Positions 56,338 to 64,000 of a DNA stretch of 64,000 nucleotides are shown one piece after another. The stretch comes from the human T2T-CHM13v2.0 reference genome, Homo sapiens. How positions within the stretch are numbered: the first letter of the stretch is position 1; each line of letters begins with the position of its first letter. The notes beneath the pieces were generated by a model, which was not told where the DNA came from, did no database searches, and worked only from the letters and a program-made list of their open reading frames with translations. The stretch lies in the NCBI RefSeq assembly GCF_009914755.1, contig NC_060937.1; one strand, given 5' to 3'. Both the position numbers and the translations under genes were made by a program.

Positions 56338-58019
56338 GTCTTCATGCTTTATTTCATTAAGTTGATCTTCAGTCTCTGATATCCTTTCTTCTGCTGATCG
56401 ATTTGGCTTTTGATACTTGTGTATGCTTCACGAAGTTCTTGTGCTGTGATTTTCAGCTCCATCAGTTCATTTAGCTTCTCTAAACTGGTTATTCTAGTTA
56501 GCAATTCATCTAACCTTTTTTTCAAAGTTCTTAGCTTCCTTGCATTGGGTTAGATCAAGCTCCTTTAGCTCAGAGGAGTTTATTATTATCCACCTTCTGA
56601 AGCCTACTTCTGTCAATTTGTCAAACTCATTCTCCATCCAGTTTTGTTTCCTTGCTGGCATGGAGTTGTGATCCTTTGGAGGAGAAGAGGCATTCTGGTT
56701 TTTGGAATTTTCAGCCTTTTTGTGCTAGTTTTTCCTCATCTTCGTGGATTTATCTACCTTTGGTCTTTGATGTTGGTCACCTTCGGATGGGGTTTCTGTG
56801 TGGACATCTTTTTGTTGATGTTGATGCTATTCCTTTCTGTTTGTTATTTTTTCCTTCCATCAGTCTGGCCCCTCTGCTGCAGGTCTGCTGGAGTTTGCTG
56901 AAGGGCCACTCCAGACCCTGTTTGCCTGGGTATCACCAGCGGAGCCTGCAGAACAGCAAAGATTGTTGCCTGCTTCTTCCACTGGAAGCTTCATCCCAGA
57001 GGGGCACCCACCAGATGCCAGCTGGAGCTCTCTTGTATGAGATGTCTGTCGACCCCTGCTGGGAGGTGTCTCCCAGTCATGAGGCACGGGGGTCAGGGAC
57101 CCACTTGAGGAGGCAGTCTGTCCCCCTTAGCAGAGCTCAAGTGCTGTGCTGGGAGCTCCGCTGCTCTCTTCAGAGCTGGCAGACAGGAACATTTAAGTCT
57201 GCTGAAGCTGCACCCATGGCCGCCTCTTCCCCCAGGTGCTCTGTACCAGGGAGAAAGGAGTTTTCTCTATAAGCCCCTGACTGGGGCTGCTGCCTTTCTT
57301 TCAGAGATGCCCTGCCCAGAGAGGAGGAATCTAGAGAGGCAGTCTGGCTACCACAGTTTTGCTGAGCTGCAGTGGGCTCCACCCAGTTTGAACTTCCTGG
57401 TGGCTTTGTATACACTGTGCAGGGAAAACTGCCTACTTAAGCCTCAGTGATGGCAGACGCCCCTCCCCCACCAAGCTTGTGTCCCAGGTCGACTTCAGAC
57501 TGCTGTGCTGGCAGTGAGAGTTGCAAGCCAGTGGATTAGCTTGCTCAGCTCCATGGGGGTGGGATCCACTGAGCTAGACCACTTGGCTCCCTGGCTTCAG
57601 CCCCCTTTCCAGGGTAGTGAACAGTTCTATCTCTCTGGCATTCCAGGCACCACTGGGGTATGAAAAAAAAAAAAAAACTCCAGCAGCTAGCTCGATGTCT
57701 GCCCCCATGGCCACCCAGTTTTGTGCTTGAAACCCAGGGCCCTGGTGGTGTAGGCACCTGAGGGAATCTCCTGGTCTAGAGGTTGTGAAGAAGATGGGAA
57801 AAGCATAGTTTTTGGGTTGGAGTGCACCATTCCTCACGGCACAGTCCCTCAAGGCTTCTCCTGGCTAGGGTTGGGAGCTCCCGGACCCCTTATGCTTCCC
57901 AGGTGAGGTGACGCCGCACCCTGCTTTGGCTCGCCCTCCATATTGGGAAGATTTCTTTAAGCATCGCTTCTCTACCCAATCAGACTGCCTTTTTCTTTTC
58001 TCCCATAGTATTCCATACT

Positions 58020-58182
58020 TACTCCTACGCACCACTTATTATAACTGTTTACCTGCCTAGTTTCTATACTAAATTGTGAGATATTTGTTGGTAGTAAGGT
58101 TTGTGTTATATCATTGTACCCCCAGCACTATGTGTACAGCTGGCACATGGTAGGTGTTAAATGTTTATTGAATGAATTGATG
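58020..58182 (+). mobile_element. L2 3' end
   Basis: ctggcacatggtaggtgttaaatgtttattgaatgaattga. Confidence 0.75.
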
Positions 58183-59535
58183 AGAACAATAAATATGTGT
58201 TGTATTATCAAAGAAGGATGGATTGCATAGGGTTTAAGGTAGACTTTGAAAGAAAAAAATGATTTGAATTGGTTGATAAGAGAAGATTTTCCACATAGCA
58301 TGATGAACATATGAAATGAAGTCATACATGAGCAATTGGGCCTTTTTGGTTGTCAGAAATAATTGCAGTAAATAAGGCTTCATATTGGAAAGTTATGAGT
58401 CATCACACAAAAAGGTGAGGTAAAGTAGATCCTGTTCACTTAGATTTTTATATCCCAAACTAAGAAATCTGAATTAATACCGATTCTGATAATTCAGCGA
58501 AAACATGGTATGACAATATCAGAAAACCAATGGGAAATTAACTCTGAAGACTAGGACGATGGCAGTGATAATCAGGGGAAAAACTTTTTTTAATTTTTAT
58601 TTTCCCATTTTGTTTTCATGACATTGGGTTTGAAGAGAGGGGTTCATAAGTATATGGGACTGTGATATTTTGCTGTCTCTCAAGTGCCATATGGATCAAA
58701 GTTCAAATTTTGTCTTCAAGTTCAAGACTTGGTTCTGAGTCAGCAGAGGTTAACCCATTGCTACTGGGGAGTGGGGGTCTGTTGGAAGAAAGAAGGGGAC
58801 ATTGGTGTGAATGACTGTGGAGGACTGCAGATTTCCAGAACCCATCTCAGGCCTTGGACGTTTTCAATATAGTTTATTTGTTGGGAGTTGCCAAAGCAGA
58901 CCCCTAGAGCAACATGGAATGGCTAGGCTGAGATTGTACTGGGAGTGGAAGGTTGTCAGGCGTACAGTGAACAGCTGATGAGAACACACACCTTCAGGGT
59001 TTCTTTTTCTCTGCATCCTCACTAACATCTGTTATTTTTTATCTTTTTAATAACAGCCATTCTGACTAGGGTAAGATAATATCTCATTGTGGTTTAATTT
59101 GTATTTCTCTAATGATTAGTGATATAGAACATTTTTAAATATAAGTGTTGGCCATTTGTATGTCTTCTTTTCAGAAATGTCTATTCATGTCATGCCTAAG
59201 GGGATTTTTTGTTTTCTAAGGGGATTTTTTTTTTCCTGTTGAGTTGTTTGAGGTCCTTGTATATTCTAGATGTTAGTACCTTGTGGTATGGATAGTTTGC
59301 AAATATTTTCTCCCACTCAACAAGGTCTTAGTCATAAATTATTTTCCTAGACCAGTGTCCAGGAGAGTTTTACCTAGGTCTTCTTATAGTATTTTTATAG
59401 TTTTGGGTCTTAAGTTTAACTCTGTAATCCATTTCGAGTTGATTGTTGTATATGGTAAGAGATAGGGATCCAGTTTCATTCTTTTGAATATGGCTGTCCA
59501 ATTTTCCTAACACTGTTTATTAAAGAGGGTATCCT

Positions 59536-60255
59536 CCAGTTAGAATGGCAATCATTAAAAAGTCAGGAAACAACAGGTGCTGGAGAGGATGTGGAGAAAT
59601 AAGAACACTTTTACACTGTTGGTGGGACTGTAAACTAGTTCAACCATTGTGGAAGTCAGTGTGGCGATTCCTCAGGGATCTAGAACTAGAAATACCATTT
59701 GACCCAGCCATCCCATTACTGGGTATATACCCAAAGGACTATAAATCATGCTGCTATAAAGACACATGCACACGTATGTTTATTGAGGCACTATTCACAA
59801 TAGCAAAGACTTGGAACCAACCCAAATGTCCAACAATGATAGACTGGATTAAGAAAATGTGGCACATATACACCATAGAATACTATACAGCCTTAAAAAA
59901 GGATGAGTTCGTGTCCTTTGTAGGGACATGGATGAAATTGGAAATCATCATTCTCAGTAAACTATCACAAGGACAAAAAACCAAACACGGCATGTTCTCA
60001 CTCATAGGTGGTAATTGAACAATGAGAACACATGGACACAGGAAGGGGAACATCACACTCTGGGGACTGTTGTGGGGTGGGGGGAGGGGGGAAGGATAGC
60101 ATTAGGAGATATACCTAATGCTAAATGACGAGTTAATGGGTGCAGCACACCAGCATGGCACATGTATACATATGTAACTAACCTGCACATTGTGCACATG
60201 TACCCTAAAACTTAAAGTATAATAATAATAAAATTAAAAAAAAGAAAAAAAATAT
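59536..60255 (+). mobile_element. 5'-truncated L1PA3-like element (ORF2 C-terminus, 3' UTR, poly-A)
   Basis: ORF 59545-60018 is ORF2 CCHC region ([26 protein letters not shown]). 3' UTR gctaaatgacgagttaatgggtgcagcacaccagcatgg carries GAG, not the L1HS ACA. Degenerate TSD aaagagggtatcct / aaaagggtgtcct. Confidence 0.92.
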
Positions 60256-60585
60256 AAAAAGGGTGTCCTTTCCCCAGTGTCAGTTCTTGTCAGTGTTGTT
60301 GAAGATCAGTTGGCTGTAAGTATGTGACTTTATTTCAGGATTCTGTATTCTGTTCCATTGAGCATTTCTTGTAGCGTCACTCTTGGTTGTAACAAATTTC
60401 CTCAGCATTTGCTTGTCTGGGAAATACTTTATTTTTCCTCCATCTGTGAAGGATAATTTTGCTGGGTAGACTCTTCTTGGCTGACAGTTTTTTTTGTTTT
60501 TTTTTTTTTTTAATTTCAGCACTTTGAATATATCACCTCATTCTCTTTTAGCCTGTGAAATTTCTGCTAAGAAATCCACTGTTAA

Positions 60586-61020
<435 letters not shown>

Positions 61021-62978
61021 TCACTATAATGTGCCATGGGGAAGACATTTTTGCATTGTGTTTGCCTAGGGATTATTGAAGCTCCTATATCTGAATGTGA
61101 ATGTCTAAAATTCTTGCTAGACTTGGGAAGTTTTCTTCTATTATTTAATTACATAGGTTTTATAGTCCTTCCTTTGTCTCTTTGCCCCTGGGATGCCAAT
61201 AATTTGAATATTTGATCACATTATGTTGTCCCAAATATCACAAAGCCTTTGCGGATTCTTTTAGGTTCTTTTTCTTTATTTTTGTCTGACTGGATTATTT
61301 CAAAAGACGTGTCATCAAGTTCTGAGATTCTTTCTTCTGCCTGATCTAGTCTATTATTGGAGCTTTCAAATATATTTTATATTTTCTTCAATTAATTCTT
61401 CAGCTCCAGAATTTCTATTTGGTTCTTTCTTAAAAATATCTATCTATCTCTTTGGTAGATTTCTCATTCATATCCTGAATTCTTCTTCTGAATTGTTTGT
61501 ATTTTCTAGAATTCTCTTGTATCTAACTGAGCTTCTTTAAAATTGAAATTTTGAATTATTTTTCTGGGATTTCAGCAACTTCTTTTTGATTAAGATCTAT
61601 TACTGGAGAATTCTTGTTTTCCTTTGGAAGTTTCATATTTCCTTGTATTTTGATGTTTTCTGTGTCTTTATATTGATATCTGTGTATCTGGTGTAACAGT
61701 TGCATCTTCCTATTTTTTAATTCACTTCCATAGGGTAGGACTTTTTTCTGAAGATGTATCTGTGGTGTTGGTTGGGTAGGGCACTTTGGCTTTGATTCTG
61801 AGTACATGTAGTAGTGTAGTCTCTGTATGATTTCTTTGGCTATAAATAGCATTAATGCTTTCAGTGATTTCCTTAGAGGATTAGGCTGCAATTATTAGTG
61901 AAGGCTGTGGTGAAGTTGTGCTGGGGACAGGCCCCAAGGGTGGCAAGAGTAGGCTGACTCTACCTATCTTTGTGCCCCAGAGTGGTGTATGCTGGCACCT
62001 GTGTTGGCAGTTACTGGTGGGCCGGTTCCTGGGCCTTAGGTGGTTTGCATGGATGCTGGTAGTGGCAGCAGTGGGCTAGGTGACTGAACAGGTTCTCACG
62101 TCGCTGGGAAACAATTGTGCTATGGGTCATGGCAGTAGAGGTGGTGAATGACCCTCTGGGTCCTGCATGCTGTGGGCTGGTGTTGGTGGTGGCTGTGCTA
62201 CAGGTCACCACCCACAGTTCCAGACATGCTGTTCTCAGGTTCTTCTGCTCTCTGCAGCAGCAGTGCTACAGTGCCATGTGAAAGGAGGAAGAACCTTGCT
62301 TTCACTCCAGATCCCAGGCATGCAGGCCATGTTACACTGTGAGGTTGTAGTCACTACTTAGAGCCTCAGTCAAGCAGGTCTCTGGATCACCTGCCCCAGG
62401 CTTCAGCAGCAGTAGCAGAAGTGGGTGTGTGGAGGAGGAGGAGATGTCCTGTTCTCTATGTGTGAGCCTGAGAACAGAGACTCTTCCGCCGGTGGGAGAG
62501 GAAATCAAACTAATGAGTATAAATTACTCCAGTTTGCCATTAAAGGGAAGGATAAATATGGTGAGATGGTGGTAGTTGGAAGGAGTTCTGGAGTCTATTG
62601 AAGCGTTTGCTGTGTTAATGTGTTTTGTTTTAATAGAGAGAAAATGAACTTAAATATATTGGTATAGCTATTTTATTGAATCAGTTAGCTTTAATTAGTT
62701 CCACTTAAGTAGGAAGCAAACATTATTTTCTTACTACTGCCCTTCAATCTCATGTGGCATATGTATCTCTCTAAAAGCTTTTCTAGTCAGTTTTGTCAAT
62801 TAGCTCTATCTCATTTTCAGATATTGAATTACTTGTTTCATCTAAATTAGTACTTCCATATAGTGTACAATCAGACTGTGTCCCTTCTCCAAGCTCAACC
62901 TAGGCCTGCTAATTCTTACACAAGCCAAGGGAAGGAGGGGCCTGATCAGTTCTTCAACCCTATTTTTTTACTCTCTTT

Positions 62979-63295
62979 TTCTATTCTTTTCATTTTTCCT
63001 TTTTCTTTTTTTTTTGACAGGGTCTCACTCCGTCACCCAAGTTGAAGTGCAGTGGTACAATCATGGCTCACTGCAGCCTCAATCTCCTGGGCTCATGGTA
63101 CCCTCCCACCTCAGCCTTCTGAGTATCTGGGAGTACAGGAGCATGATGCCACACTTGGCTAATTATTTTTTTTTTGTAGGGATAGGAGTATTGCTATGTT
63201 GCCCAGGCTGGTCTTGAACTCCTGGCCTCAAGCGATCCTGCTATCTCAGCATCCCAAAGTGCTGGGATTACAGGCATGAGCTACTGTGCCTGGCC
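62979..63295 (-). mobile_element. AluJ
   Basis: Reverse dimer with J diagnostics; TSD tactctcttt at 62969-62978 and 63297-63306. Confidence 0.92.
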
Positions 63296-64000
63296 CTACT
63301 CTCTTTCTCAACTCATATTATAGTTTTTGGTTCCTCTATAAGTGGGGCAAGGTGTGGGGAAGAGTTAAGTTGTTAAAAAGTTAAAAATTAAAGTGAGAAT
63401 CAGCATCAGTCTTGTACCCCATGGAAATGTCAGGAGATACAAGTCAAGTAGTTAAAATGATTCTCTTATATTACTCTGATCAGGAAACAGCACTAGTAAA
63501 CCAATACATTTTGCTGTTCTACAAGTATCAGTCAGGGAGGTGGATAGGGGAAGAGTGAGATGTTACTTTCTCCTTGTGGCATATATTCCTCTTCTCTATA
63601 AAAAGTCTCCCTCACTTGGTTTGAGATAGGGGACATCATCCCTCCTACACCCTCCATGGGGAGGGAAAAATCAGGGAAATGCATAGAACTCCAATAGCTC
63701 TGTTCAGAAGAAATACTGTCTCCAAACTCAGATCAGTCTCTAGCAATCCCATATAGACAACAGATGGGTAAAGGGTGAAGTGTTGAAGGACTAATTTTGG
63801 CCACCCCTTGGCAAATTTTGCCTTAATGAATCTATTATCTCCTCATTTGAATGTACAGATCCTCATCATTTATTGCACTCAGCTGAGAGAACAGAAAAAT
63901 GTCATTTCACATTCTGTTGCATAGGAAAGAAAAGGCATATATGATTCCTGCCTAAGAATGCAAGCTCAGTGGATTTTCTGGACGTAAGATAGAAAAGAAT

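Noticed and set aside
56644-57852. ORFs up to 206 aa
   Set aside because: Fall in the L1 5' UTR/ORF1 start; no evidence of function.

Overview
Hominid (human or great-ape) genomic DNA: it carries an SVA, many Alus, L1PA/L1M, MIR, L2, MaLR/ERVL LTRs and Tigger/MER elements. I recognise no intact cellular protein-coding exon; the long ORFs in the track are retroelement remnants (L1 ORF1/ORF2, SVA, Alu) or chance frames. A small CpG-island promoter at about 48.7-49.1 kb divides the window. The left 48 kb looks like the 5' introns of a minus-strand gene I cannot name, with AT-rich repeat-free blocks and several candidate short exons. The right 15 kb is mostly L1: a near full-length L1PA8, plus an internally deleted old L1 hosting an L1PA3 and an Alu. 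The best second-look items are genome-evolution scars read directly from the sequence. These are a ~270-bp inverted, locally templated insertion inside an L1 (28.25-28.5 kb copied to 29.09-29.36 kb), a probable L1 3' transduction at 13.4 kb, an Alu with a 59-bp internal tandem duplication, and a 7SL retropseudogene with TSDs. There is also a candidate 51-nt symmetric exon at 18.7 kb. I see no convincing evidence of a new biological system. Repeat subfamily calls come from recalled consensus sequences, and boundaries are approximate.
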